A DNA stretch of 63,994 nucleotides, counting the filler, from Piptocephalis cylindrospora (lineage: Eukaryota), in assembly GCA_003614145.1 (NCBI GenBank). It is 5 parts of 5 records of this genome, joined end to end, with 100 filler letters (N's around TTAATTAATTAA, not from the genome) between each part and the next. Parts side by side here need not be neighbours in the genome. Positions count along the whole stretch, not along the records: positions 1 to 12,825 come from KZ987959.1; positions 12,926 to 25,675 come from KZ987960.1; 3 more parts are not named here. The stretch is one strand, 5' to 3'. Below the pieces are notes generated by a model. The model was not told the DNA's origin and searched no databases. It worked only from the letters and a program-made list of their open reading frames with translations. The translations under genes and the position numbers were made by a program. Positions 1-13,186 of the stretch are shown here, in pieces. The number at the start of each line of letters is the position of its first letter. Position 1 is the first letter of the stretch.

Positions 1-369
1 CAAGTGTGGGCCTAAGCCTTTTATCTTCTTTTTTTTCTTTCGTTTTCTTTTTATTGAGCTTGGATTGGTTTGAAGAGGAGAGGAGGGGAGGAAGAGCAAG
101 GAGGCTTGCGTCGAAAGTAGGTCATCCCTTAGAGGGTGAGGGAAGGTGGATTAAGGGGAATAAAAAGGTAAAGCCGAGGGCATTGGCTAAACTGGAGAAA
201 GACCATCTCCTGCCTGCCCTTGAGACATCTATTGATCCATCTTCTTTATGTTGTCTTGCATTGCATGGGAATGCACCGTACTTCTCTAACCTGGATCCAA
301 GAATGCTGCATGAATTATCCTCCTCTGTATCCCGCCCCATCCCATCCCATCCCATCCTATTTCATCCCA

Positions 370-1613
370 TTACTCTTTCTTTCCCTCAAGGGGTTTTCGG
401 AACTTGCCCTGAAGCCACACCCGGTACATCTTGAGTCGACGGGATCGATTGACGATGAGTCGTCGATCCACCGCGTTTTGCAGGATGTCGAATCGAGACC
501 CAAACACCTGGGTCAGTTCGTCAGAGGAGAAAAAGTACACACGAGTCCCGTCTCCCCGGGCGTAAAAGTGCTCAGCGAGGTAACGACCTGACTTGAACCT
601 CAGTTGGGCCAAATCATACCGGCCGTAATCCCGGAAAAGGATGATACCTCCAGGCTTGAGAAGATGTTCGAGGTTCTTCATGGCTTGTTCCCATTCAAAG
701 GGCTGGAGGGCAGAAAGAACAAAAACCAGGAGAATCACATCCACCGATCCTTCCTTTACCTGAGAAGGGAGAGAGGGGGAAGAAAGGTCCCAGACAAAAG
801 CCTCTCCCCGTTCTGGATTATATGCGGGATTGTTCTATGTAAATGATGCGGGAGATGAGGGAGGCAATGAGGAAAGATGAGCTCTATCCTCTTACCTTGA
901 CCACGCCCACAGCTTCTTCGGAAAAATCACAGCAATAAGCAAAGAGATTAGGATCCGGGTTGGCGGAGAGAAGGGGGAAAAAGGTGTTCCCTGCCCCACA
1001 TCCAATCTCCATAATAACCTTCTTCTCCTTTCTATCCTGGGAGACGAGATGGGGATGAGACATAGCAGAGATAGGGTAAAAAAGAAGAAGAGTATTCCTC
1101 ATAGACCATTACTCACCTGATCCGTCGGCTCAAAGAGCTCGGGGAATTCCAAATGTAGCCAGTTTCGATCTTTGAAAAAGCGATTTTGGTTCACCCGATA
1201 AAATCGATCCCAATACAAGGCAGCATCCATGGATATAGTCTCTACGGGTAAGATATGAGCACTGAGCCATGGCTTCCTTTCTTGTCTCACGATAAGTCCT
1301 TACCCTGTTGCTCTTCGGGCATGGGATTGGCGCGTTGTCGGTCCACGATGGCTTCAGCCTCTTTCTCCTGGTCACTATCCCACTCCACATTATCCCTACC
1401 GATGGAAGTGGGCAAGATGAGCAAGAAGCAAGCCCAATGTAGCTTAACGTTCCAATAGACCTACCAAGCATTGTGATCGAAAACCTCGTCTGGATTAGTC
1501 AGCTGACGGGAACCAAAGGTTTCATCTGCTGAGCTTTCAGTGTTGCCACTACTGCTGGAAGCATCTTGAGCGTTGACCACACTGGATGACCTTTTGCTTT
1601 CATTCACACTCAT
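370..1613 (-). CDS. TRM140: tRNA N3-methylcytidine methyltransferase (Trm140/Abp140/METTL2 family), multi-exon
   Basis: ATG at 1613 gives MSVNESK...[18 protein letters not shown]; later exons encode [30 protein letters not shown] motif EIGCGAGNT and [15 protein letters not shown]...[22 protein letters not shown] introns; stop at 370-372. Confidence 0.93.
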
Positions 1614-1616
1614 GAT

Positions 1617-1677
1617 GGGGGGGGGGGGGGGGTTTTTTAAAAAGGGGGGGGGGGGGGGGGGAGGTTTTTCGGGGGGT
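1617..1677. repeat. poly-G low-complexity tract immediately upstream of the TRM140 start
   Basis: runs of about 16-18 G separated by T/A runs; may be low-quality sequence. Confidence 0.8.
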
Positions 1678-2142
1678 GGAAGGGGTCGGGATTCTTTTCT
1701 GCCCCGCCACTAACCCTCGCTCTTCATAGTAAGCTGATTTCTAAAGTTTTTGTGATTTCTTTTTGTCGCGGCAGTTGGCAGCCTAATCGACAGAACATGC
1801 TGTGCAATCCGAGGTGGCGCCCAGATCAGATTTCAAGTGTGAATCGTGGGTGTTGATTTGTGAAAAAACCTTTAGGGAGAGCTTTGATTTTCCCTAACAA
1901 TACACTCGCTATTATGTTGATGAAGATATACGCTGTTTAAAGGTGTCATGTATCCCTTATCAAAGCCCCATGCTAATCCTTAGTGATAATAATATGAGCA
2001 GTTGGATAAATACATAATTTATTGAGTGGAACACATCAGCCATACCCAGAAATAAAACCTGGTTCTATGCATGAGCTCTTGTCCAGTGGAAAGGTAAATT
2101 CAGCTTCGATGTCGCCATCATCCTGGCGTCCAAGATGGTTGA

Positions 2143-3590
2143 TCAGCCAAGACAAAGAAGCTTCCGCAATCGTTTCACCTTGGTCATCAGAGAATTCTCA
2201 TGGTTTATCTCCTCCATGCGGGAAAATGGGGTCGTTGAGTCCGAAGAGTTAGCAGGGACGAGTTGTGCTGTCTTGGGGATATCCGCATATTGACCACACA
2301 CTGGGCTTTCCGGGGTGGTTTTAGCGGTGGCCACAGTGGTCGTGGAGGATTTTCTGCCCATGATGGAAAGGATGCGGTAAGTAGGCAATGAACGTTAGTC
2401 ATCTCTATACTTACTAGAGTTTGCAAGATAACTCTGCTTACCTCATGTTAATGACTGAGTGACTGACACGGTCCTTTCTCATCTCCCGATCCATAAAATC
2501 CTCGTCGTATCGAACGGCGTCATCCCCTACCCTACCGTAGTCCTCCACCTTGACCCAAGTATGTAAAGGGGACATAGAGGAGGAGAGGAGTAGGTAAAGG
2601 GACTCATCCTGGACTCGGCGATACATGACCGAGTACTCATTACCCGAGTGGAAGAGGACCCCTATGTTCCCAAGGGGAATGGCCGCGGATAAAACTTCGA
2701 TCCCGGCTGGGCTAATGCAATGATTTTGGGTAACCGACCGAAAGAATATCTGGGCTACCTTGTAGTGATTGTGAGGGGGAAACGATGACTCTGAATCCAC
2801 GAATCCCTCCAGCTCCTCTCCCCTAGCTAGACGTTCACATTCTGTGTAGCTCTTTCCCTGGAGGACTTTGAGAGTATCCTCGTCGAAAATGGAGACGCAG
2901 CATGCGTGTCGTAGGGGAATCTCAAGGAGCTCAAAAGGCTTTAATCCAGGCTGTGGGGTAAATGCCCGAGGGTTGGTGAGATACGGGTCAAGGACAATGG
3001 GCTTGGAAAGCAAGGGGAGCTCCTCCACAGACGCTCCTTTCATAGAAGGCCTTAAGTTTTCCACGCTCCGTGACTAAATGAATTGTGTGTTGGATTGGAG
3101 AGGCCTGTGAAAATGAGGAATTGGGTACGAGAAAGAAAAAGAAATAAACTCACGGCCTGCAGATGATCCATGTGACTAATCAATAGTGACATGAGCTCCA
3201 TGGAATTTAAAGAGGGGACATGAGGGATGGTAATGTCGCCTCGCAATGCCAAGGCATTTACTGAGCACAGCATAGGGAGTAGTTGGAGAGATATGAGTTC
3301 ATGCTGTACCCACGCCATCCTCATAGAGTCATCTCCACTCACCAAGGGAAATTAATGGAAGTCTTTGGTCTTCTATAGGGCATGGATTAGAGGAAATATT
3401 AATAATCCTACCAGTAAGCCTTTATCGCACTTTCATTTCTTCACTTACTGCAGTCAATGACTATACAAACAATGGGATTTCTCAGTCTATCTGTAGGATT
3501 TGTGGGCCACGCCATCTGCTTGACGCGATATGTTTCTTGGAACCCGTGATTAAGTTGTCCTTCAGAGTGATCTATTTGATGAGAGGTCAT
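2143..3590 (-). CDS. MINDY-1/2 (DUF544) deubiquitinase-like protein, predicted catalytically inactive
   Basis: Manual splice model 3590-3449, 3372-3343, 3260-3154, 3073-2442, 2353-2143 (all GT-AG, phases consistent) gives TYRVKQMAW...IVIDCKDQRLPLISLVNALALRGDI...FELLEIPLRHACCV...GVLFHSGNEYSVMY...LYLLL...YDEDF, colinear with MINDY motifs. Confidence 0.8.
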
Positions 3591-5548
3591 AATTAGCGTG
3601 TAGGTGGTAGATGCATCCTTTTACATGCCGTCAATTGTAAACCTACGGCGCGTCAACTTGGATGCCTTTGGATGGATGGAGACTACTCCGAGGAAGGAAA
3701 AGTAAGGTGGGGTTCCACAAGTAATTATCTCTTACGTACAGCCCCAGGAGGACTCACCAGTGTGTAGGGACTTTGGGGATGCCGGAATACTCAAGGTAGA
3801 GGAGGTTTTACTCTTCAGAAGATGGGAGTCTCCTGCAGCCTCCTGTTCAAGGGTGGACTTGGAGGATTGCTGACCAAAGGTAATGAGGCCAAAATCTTGT
3901 TTGGAGGAATGCTTCGGTGCATCCGGTCGGCGTCGATACTTCTTGGGGCTAGTAATGAGCTGAGCTTGATTCATGCTGGGATGATTGAAAGCAGCAGAGC
4001 TGACTCCGGGGGGGAAATGTTAGAGATGATCTGGGAAAGAAAGAAAGGAAAAGAGGGTGTTAGATAGGGTGAGCCAAAGTGGGAATGATGGGGATAGATA
4101 AGGGAGAGCGAGGAAGAGGCACTGAGACTAGAAGTTCAACCGGATTTCTGTCTTAAACCCCTTGTCCCCTTGGTCCACCAGGGAAAGCAGAGAAGAGAGG
4201 GAAATGTGTCTTGGAGCTGAGGGACGGTTCTTTTGTCGGACAAATCAACTCTGTGATTCTTCGACAAAGTACTCTCGGAGTAGGACGGAGTGGTCGCCAG
4301 AGGGCGGAGTTTGCGCTCTTGAGCTAAGGTCTGGGCCTTCGGGCATTGGTCCCCCCATCCTTGTCAAAGTGAGAATGAAGCGAGGGTAGGAGAGATGAGT
4401 GAGGGTGGAGGTGAAGGACTAGGATACACCAACTGAGCGCTACTCCCCCCCCCTCTCCCGACCTATTCCTCCGAGTGTCACATGTCTAATCCAAAGTAAT
4501 TGAGATGAGGGTAGATGAGAGAGCGGTATGAGATAAGATGGGTGCTCCTCTGTTCTACCACTCAAGGCCACCTAAGATCCAGGTGGGATGGCACACTCGA
4601 TCGGAGTTAGCACGTCGGCAGTGATACTTGCCCTATCTTCCGTAGGATAAAAATCATATGCGGCGTCTCTCCCCTTTGGTGCTGTATACGTGCAAATGCG
4701 AGGGAGGGGTATGTTGGAATTCAGCACTCCTGTAAACCGCTGCCCATGCCTACTGTTCTCAGCAGCTCTGTCGTGGAGGGTCTAGATAGCCTGAATATAT
4801 TAAATTAAGCATGTCGTCCCCATTCCTGCTACGAGTGTCCTTCGGTAAGGCCCTTCCATTCAACCAGTTCTAGAGTAACCATGATGATAGGATAGGTCAA
4901 GGTAACGAGGATATAGAGCTTACTCCTTCTCGGATAAACCTCTTTTGAAAGCAACGTCCTTTAAGCCAACTAAACGCCCGATCACCCTCAGCACATCCTT
5001 CATTTCTTTTTATGGCAGCTCTCTTTATGCTAATTCAAGTACCTTGGAAAAATGGTTCTCCCCAACCTACAAGGTGTTATGATCTGCGTGATGGTAATGG
5101 TGCCTTTCTACTTTCTTCAGTGGGGCGGGTTAAGGCGTATATGAGTACAGTGCCCACTTTAGAGGCCTGCAGGCGTGGTACCAGCGATGGTTGTCATGAT
5201 TTGAAGTTGTCCTAGACCATTCCTTTATCATTGATTCCCGCTCTACATCAAAATGGTCATCTATAAGTAAATCAAAGGCTCAACGTTATTCATCCATCAA
5301 TATGATTTTTATTCTAATGAGCCCATCAATGCAGCATTAATTTCCGAATAAATGCCGTTGTCAATATCACATTTCTCCCTCTGGGCCAAAATGGCTCATG
5401 GTATATATCCATGTTTGGCGAAGATGGGAGAGAGCATTGCATTACAGATGCCAGGCTCATCAGTAAGTTTATCGAGGGTCAGAGGGATTAAATACGGGCC
5501 GACTGCTTCTCCAGAGTTCTTCAAGAACTTAAAGTTTGGAATATCTGA

Positions 5549-5577
5549 TTACATAGGGTTACATAGGGTTAGGGTTA
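5549..5577. repeat. short telomere-like repeat (ACATAGGGTT)2-AGGGTTA
   Basis: sequence ttacatagggttacatagggttagggtta in an intergenic region. Confidence 0.6.
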
Positions 5578-6589
5578 AACATTCCAATACCTATCCCCCC
5601 ATAATAACAATTTAGTCACTCTCCTGCCCTTTTCTGTTATACTTTTTGATTGCATAGGCTCATACGGTCAATCTAACAAGGAATGTAATTGTTGCAGCCT
5701 GGCACATTCAGCGTTCTTGACCAATTTCATACAGATAGACTGTCAAGTAATGCAAGCTATTTTCATCATAATCATCCCTTTGTCCCTGAACCATCCTTGC
5801 ACCGTCGATTTCTTCCCATTCCCATGCGATACTGCCAATGTACGGGGGATCATGCCTTCCTCCGCCCTGCGTCTCTCTTTCCTCTTTCCCGAAGGACAAG
5901 GGTAAGGATCCCATAGCCTTGTGTGTGGGACAAGCCGATCTTTGGGCTCTGGTGAGAGAAAAAAATGCTGGTATTCTTATTGCTAGATGATCTTTTGGAG
6001 CAATAGAGTAGCTGGTGCTGCTGGTTTCGTTAATACGCCACGATCCAAGGATCCCCTTCCCGCCTCATCTCCTTGAGGCCCGGTCACAGGCTTCGTGGCC
6101 CTCGTTCTGTTACTTTGTATTCTACATCTTCATATCGTACTGTATTATCGGCCTCAAAAAACCCCGCTTATGCGCATCCCCGCACCCTCAACTAGACTGG
6201 GACATAACGACCGATGGGCCGGGAACACTCCTTGCCTCCACCACTTCTGTTAAGGCTCCGCTCATTAAGCCATTTCCCTCGCCCCTCCACACTTCACACC
6301 CTTTCTCCCTTCCTCATCCTCACCCATCCGGCTCTTGCATCCTTCCCTCCTTTTATCTCTTCTTTTTCCCTCACTCCTCTTCATCTCTTTCCCTTTTCTT
6401 CTTTATCTGACTCTTTGGTTCGCTACCATCCATCTTTCTAATCATCATCGTCATCCTTCATTCCCCTGGTGCTTCATCCCAAACGAGATTACTCACTACA
6501 GTTTCCTTCCATTATCTCTCCTCCCCTCCTAGACTGGCTATCCAGATTTCTCATTTTCTTTCATTCTTCTCCAGTCTCACTTCAAGTCC

Positions 6590-9500
6590 ATGTCTAACCA
6601 GAGAGTCCATGCCCTGGCCGTGCCAATGAGCACAGGTACTGCTCCTCCCTCAGCCCCCCTACCGCCTTCAGGGTCGGATAGCCCACATCAGGGTGATGCC
6701 CAAGACCTTCACTCAGAATTATCTGGATCGGGGGGCGGAACACTTCCGGCTTCTTTGGGAAACTCCTCTGCGGCAACCGAGGCAAATAGGTCACGGTCCG
6801 GCTTCCGCCGCCTTTCCTTCTTTGCTCGCCTCTCCTCTACGTTCTCCTCCACCCCCTCCCCTCCCACAGCGACATCCCCACCACCACCTGCATCTCCTCC
6901 ACTCAGTGGGACATCCGAGGAAAAGAGCAGGACCTCCATGGGGTCCTATCCCCCACCGCCTCCTCCTCTACGCATTTCCAATGTGGATTCGGAGGATCGT
7001 CCAAATTTTTCCTCCGCCCATAATTTTGCTACTAGTCGGGATGATACCGTCAAGGCTGCCCATCACACCTCATCAACCCGATATCAAAAAGGCATCTCTT
7101 CAGCCGACCTTTTCGGCAGTCCCAGCTCCTCTTCTCCCTCTGGTTCGGGAGATCAGGCCAACCAGCCCGTCTCTACCTCCAATGAAATGACTTCCTCGGC
7201 CTCCACTGGCACCATCGTCTCCCCTGCTGAAGCTCAGCATTCCAGGCTCGTCTCTCCCTCATCCTCGGGACATGCCCACTCCCGTAGTATGGACCCCGCC
7301 CTGGGTAACCATCCTCCCCGCATGGGCCAGTCTTTATCCGATGATCCTCTGACCTCGGCTTCCCCTCCCCCCTCCGACTTTTCTTTAGGCGGGCTGGAGA
7401 GATCCCCTAGGAAATCTAGATCCTTTTGGCGTCTCTTCCGTGCCCATGATGTAAGTGCTTATTTCTTGGATGCATAGGCTCTTTGGAGGGGGACCTTAAA
7501 TTCATCAAGAAGACGACTTATTCAATCCTTTTTTCCCCCTCTCAAATTCCTTAGGAGACACCTCAAGACAATGCGCCGTTAGAGGAGGTGGCCCCGGATT
7601 CGGGGGAACAGGGTGGTCAAGGAATGCCCAGGTCCATCATGTCCACCTCTAGCCCATCTACTACTGAAGTAACCACCACCACGAGTCCTACAGATGATAT
7701 GGCCGCAGCTGTTGATTCTGAAACAACAATGAATCCTTCCCCGGCACCCTCGGCGGCCCAGGGATCATTGCAGCAAACCCTGAACACTTATTACAATCTC
7801 TTTGCTCAGATGGATACTGAGGCAACCTTGGACACACCCTTGGTTCCATCTACCACCCCTTCCTCCGCCACAGTATCCTCATCCACAGCATCCACCACCA
7901 CCACCCAAAACTCAAGACCTCTTCCATCTACCCCCACCACTGCTCTCGATCCTCCTCGCTTGATTATCTCGACGTCGGGGAAGCGCGAGGGGGTAGCGGG
8001 ATCCTCTACTAGTCTTTCTTCACAGGGAAAAAAGGGATTAGATGCTGGAAACACTATGATTTATTCCGAGGATGAAGATGAGGTGCTCAAAGAGGCCAAG
8101 TTGGCTGAAGCTCGCCTCATTGAGTCTAGGGAACGATCTTTTGCCAAGCAACTTTTCGATGAGGATTGGTCTGATCTAAGCTCCCGAGAGGTATGTTGCC
8201 GCTAGAAAAGGGATAAAAGAGGCAGATACTCTAGATTTTTCCATCCCAATCGTATATTCTACTTATATTAACCTTTCTTTCCTTCAATCCACTCCCTCAC
8301 TACTTAGCCTCAAGCTACTATGATGGCTCCTAGCTCCTCCCAGTCCTCCAACTCTACGGCCAGCTCCCAGGGCGGTCCATCCACCCCGGGATCTTCCATT
8401 GGGACCCCTAGTCGCCGCAAACCCCTAGGAAGGGATGAGCTTTGTGAGTACCTAGGAAAACGAGACGAGGGCAGGGCCAGGCTCCTACGGTACTATATGG
8501 ACTGCTTTGAATTTTCCGGCCTCCGTGTCGAGGAGGCTTTCCGTAGGTTATGTAGTCAACTGCATCTTCGCGGGGAGACTCAGGTCATTGATCGGGTCAT
8601 CAATGAGTTTGCCCGCAAGTATGCCGAGGAAAATTCTGAGGGTGTATGGGGACCGGAAGCTGATGTCGTCTATGGCGTGGCCTACTCCCTTCTCCTCCTC
8701 AACACCGATCTTCACGTGGCCCAGGGTCATACCAAGATGTCTAAATCTGCCTTTGTTCGTAATACCCTCTCTACTGTCATGTCCTGCAGTGCTTTTGCCG
8801 CTGGAGAGGACACTGCCACACCGGGTCAAGGCAGCAGTGGAGGCTACAGGATGAGTATGGATTCTCGGTCTGTTCGGAGTGGAGGAAGCGGGTATGGTGC
8901 CGGGGGTTTATCCTCCTCGGTCAAGTCGGATATGTCTTCGCAGCTCAAGGAGATGTACCATTCGATCAAGAATCGCCAACTGGCTCAGCCTATTCTTCCC
9001 TCAGTCATCACCACTCCCTCCTCTGGGGCACCGTCTATTCGATCCTTGGCTGAGGAGGAGGAGGCAGCCTACAGAGGCGAGGGACGGTATACTCCTGGGG
9101 TCGGGCAGCCCCGTCAATCTCTGGATGCCCTTGGGCTCGTGGGTTCTGGAGGCAGGCATCATCATCCTCATGATATGAGAAGACGGTCTGGAACGGCCTT
9201 AGGCGCTGGGATTTCCTCTCCTTCCTTGACTGCCGATAGTTCCGGATCCCGGAAACGCTCTTCCATGGCCGCTATCAAGCGCATGTCTTCCTTTGGCTTG
9301 CCCATGTCTGCGAGTTCCAGCTCCAGCGGCTCTGGGAGCTCCCGGCAGGGTCCAGGGCCCCTGAGATCTCCGAGTCCTGTGGGTTCCGTTGGGTCCTGGA
9401 CCTCTACTCCTGGTCGAACCTCCAACTCAGCCCCTCGTTCCCGAACCTCCCTACTCTTTGGAGGTGGAGGGGCTTCCTCTGGGGGAACTAATAGTACCCA

Positions 9501-10801
9501 AAGGGCAAGATCGGTCACCACGAGTATTAGTGATCGGAGCTTCGAAGGTGCTGGAATTCCAGGCCTGGATGGATCTGGTCTCCATGAGGTACGGGAGGAA
9601 TGGGAGGAGGCCCCTGGGCATGGGGGGCGGCGACGGGGAGGAACGACAGAGGAAGATGAGGAGGAAGATACCGTATCCTCCTCCCGTCTGGCTAAGGCTA
9701 TGAAAAAGGGGGCGAGGAAGGAGGAAGTGGAGGAGGTGCAGGAGGCGGATCGCCATGGGAAGGCGGGGATTCTGGCGAGGAAGCACTTGTTTGAAAGGGC
9801 CGATAAGAAGCCTGCCTCAAGGGCCTGGAAGGAGTGTTGGGTGTCGGTGGACCGGGGAGATGTTCGAATGTTCAAGGTGGATAAGGGTTGGCGTGGGGCT
9901 GATGGAAGTGAGTTGACGGATGTGGCTATGCAATTGGGCTCCGTTTCCCTTCGTCACTCCCTGACCGTGGCTTTACCCCCTCCTGGTTACTCCTCTTCCA
10001 GGCCCCATGTCTTTGCCCTGCAGCTTCCGACCGGAGGAGTTTACCTCTTCCAGGCAGCTTCCCCTGACCTGGTGGCGGAATGGGTCTCCGAATGCAATTA
10101 CTGGGCGGCCCGAGAGAGTAAGGAACCCCTGGCTGGTGGAGTGGATAACCGGGAATACGGATGGGGTAGGGTTCAACTGGGTGGGTCAGATGATGAAGAT
10201 GAGGACGAAAGGAGGACAGGAGGAGAAGGACATGAGGATGATGAGGAAGGAGCAGGGGAGGAGGGGAAGACGAAAGCCTTGGCTAATGGTCGGTATTCAG
10301 TGGGCAACTTTCATCTCGACACCACGATAACAAACATTGCCGATTGGTCCATTCCTCAGCCGTCAATGCTCCGATCCAAGACTGATGAACGGGGCCAACT
10401 TCGAGCACTACTTAAGCATATAGCCACCCTTGAGGCCGATCTCTTGGCCCACAAGGAGCTTCGTGATAACGTGGACAAGGTAAGCTTTACTCAGTGGGAG
10501 AGGAATGATAGATGCAAGTGTGGACATGTTATCTCACTTTATCGGGTTAATCTTGCAGTGGCCAGCCAGGTCTCCGGCGCACGCCAAGGCCTTTGCTAAT
10601 TGGGAGAGGAAGTCTCAATTTTTGCTTAGAGAACTCATCAAGTACCAAACGTATGCGGATATCTTGCAGCAAGCTGTCACGGCATCCCTTCAAGAAGAGG
10701 AAGCCCAGGCCAAAGGAGGACAAGAAGATCAGGACGAGGTAGAAGAGGAGGAAGGGGAGAGTGGGAGGATGACTGGGGCCGGTATGATGGTTGGTCGGTA
10801 G
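6590..10801 (+). CDS. Arf guanine-nucleotide exchange factor with Sec7 and PH domains (Yel1/Syt1/EFA6-like)
   Basis: Exons about 6590-7450, 7555-8190, 8308-10479, 10559-10801; Sec7 motifs LRGETQVIDRV and YSLLLLNTDLH; PH domain GILARKHLFE...RAWKECW...RPHVFALQLPTGGVYLFQA...WVSECNYWAARES; C-terminal NWERKSQFLLRELIKYQTY. Confidence 0.92.
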
Positions 10802-10947
10802 ATTGGTAGCGACCATAATCAAGGGTCTTCCCTCAATCCATCCATATAATATATACATCCATTGCTTCAACACACGCCATGCCATGATTCTCATAGTATG
10901 CAAGGAAAAAAAAAGAAGACGTATGTGTATTGCCTTCAGCGTATCAT

Positions 10948-12082
10948 CTACTCGGTACCCGAGGATCTAGCTTTGACGGCAAGGCCGATCTGTTGATGCA
11001 GCCAAGATTTACGAGTTTTGATATCGAGGTCCGGGAAGGATTTAGCAAGCTGCTTGCACACACCTTTTGCGGTGAGGATATCGAGATCAGCCTCTGTGCG
11101 TGGAAGAGGAGGCGAGATGAATGAGTATGCGGTACACGATGGGAACAAAGGGGGGAAATAAAACCAACCTTGAATGATCTTTTGAACCTTAGAGATGATG
11201 GTGGAGTCAGTAGTGGCCTTAGATGAGGGCATTGGGAGCATCTTGCCCAAAGGCTCATCCTCGTCATCTGAGCTCTGAGGACTGACTTCCCTCTTGGTCA
11301 CCTTCTTGGGCTTGGCCTCAGCTTCTTGATCCTCCTTGATTTTCCGTTTTCGTGGGGCTGCAGAGGTGCTAGTATCATTAGTAGCCTTAGTCTTTTTAGC
11401 AATAGCCTTAGTCTTCTTCTTGGGGATAGGGATGGAAGAGTGGGTTCTTTGGGAATTACTGGGGCATAGAAGAAATGTGATCAGACGATCCACTAGCTCC
11501 TCTTTCTGCAGAGGGCGAAGAGGAGGGGTGAGATTGAAAGATCAAATGAAGTCTATATCGACTCTTGACCTCAGTCAACGAGGCGCATAATTATACGTAC
11601 CGTGCCTTTGAGCTCAAGGCCAAAGACGCGGGCCAAAGGCTTGATGGTGGAGATGGGGAATTTGTCTAATTTGGTATGCATACGAATCCGATTGACCTCT
11701 TCCGTTCCAGAGGCACAGCCATTCCAAATACGGATATTTTTCTTAAGCACAGTTGCTTTCCCAGGTCGACCATACATGAGGCTATGGATGTGTTTAAGCG
11801 TCAAGTCTGAGGAGAGCAGCTTGTTAATCCGGAAACATACGTCCTCCATGTCGCCTATGGGTTCGCCAGTGCCCTAGGGTGAGGAAATGAGGGGATTGCA
11901 CTGAGTGTCAGGGACTCAAGACCTTGGTAAGGTCAACTTACCCGACCGGCGTTCTCCACGCCGCTCTGGCTGGTCCGGGAAACGGTCTCGTGATCAGTTT
12001 CATCGCGCTGAATTTCCGAGAATCGCTCCACAGATTTTCGAGCCCGAGTTGGACGATCTGGTGCTGCTAGAGCAACTGCCAT
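10948..12082 (-). CDS. DEK-like chromatin protein (pseudo-SAP/SAP region plus DEK_C), multi-exon
   Basis: ATG at 12082; RARKSVERF, GTGEPIGDMEDVCFRINK, LKHIHSLMYGRPGKATVLKKNIRIWNG, VFGLELKGT-KEELVDRLITFL, a Lys-rich linker, and C-terminal ADLDILTAKGVCKQLAKSFPDLDIKTRKSWL. Confidence 0.8.
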
Positions 12083-12825
12083 GAACGAGTCGAGTGTTAG
12101 TCTAGATGGAAAGGTTTGAATGAACAATACTCTTCCTTGCCATCCCCCACGTACGGTTCTTTACGTCTTCCATATGGGCGGGTCTTTGGAGATGAAGAGT
12201 GCGCTAGGGAACGAGTAAAGATAAAGGGGTGGAGCGACAACGCCGTGTCAATAATAGTGGGAGCATCAACGATATTATTATTATTATGCCAAGGCCAAGT
12301 TTGACTGGATCGAGGCAAGGAAGCATGAGCTGCTCATATGTCCTGTGGGAGTGAGGGTAATGTATTTGTCTGTGCTCATTGGGGCGGGGATGACCGTGCA
12401 TTAACGGCACTAGCTTTGCATACCCAAACGTGAAGTGCAATGAGGTACTTACTGTCTAAAGCTGGTGGGATGAGCGAGGGTTTGGTGTCATGCATAATGA
12501 CAGTAATTGATCAGCGGCAGCAGTCATGCCTTATATTTCCTTGCCGATTTAAAGCCAGATACACATGATGAAAGTGATGATGGGGTAAAGTACACGGGCC
12601 GGCTCATTTATTGGATGCGCCTTGTCTATGAAATTGAATTAGCCGTGGGACCTTTGAAGATCAAGTCATCCCCTAGCTGATATCGCCTCCTCTCCTCATC
12701 ACGGCCTATCCTTACGAGACAATGACCTTTCCAATGCTACTATGAGGATTCCATACATGCGCTCAAGCCATTGTCGAACACCCCTACACCTACCTATTGC
12801 ATTATGCAGAAGAGCGAAATGGTAA

Positions 12826-12925
12826 NNNNNNNNNNNNNNNNNNNNNNNNNNNNNNNNNNNNNNNNNNNNTTAATTAATTAANNNNNNNNNNNNNNNNNNN
12901 NNNNNNNNNNNNNNNNNNNNNNNNN
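12826..12925. other. artificial contig spacer
   Basis: N44-TTAATTAATTAA-N44, stops in all six frames. Confidence 0.99.
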
Positions 12926-13186
12926 CACCTCTATTCTCACCCTCATCTTTCCTCTATCTCGTGCAATATACGTTATCTGGACGTGCTGATCTTTTCAAGG
13001 AATGATCCAGTATAATGAAAAAAGTAAAGATAATTAGTCAGAAGGGAAATGGATAATTAGGACGAAGGCATGTAAAGAGAAATGTCAACAATGTGACGCA
13101 TATAAGAAGGTCCCTTTTCGTAGTGCCCCACTCGTCTCCTTTCCCCCTCTTACCCTCCTTTTCTCCTCAGAGTGTCCTCACTAAAC

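Noticed and set aside
3732..4347. Possible minus-strand gene or pseudogene (MPEGPDLSSRAQ... and MNQAQLITSPKKY...)
   Set aside because: In-frame stops, no recognisable domain, and I could not build a convincing splice model.
12826..12925. TTAATTAATTAA palindrome within N runs, four times at about 12.8-kb spacing
   Set aside because: Artificial concatenation linker; the periodicity reflects length-sorted contigs (12825, 12750, 12744, 12721, 12554 bp).
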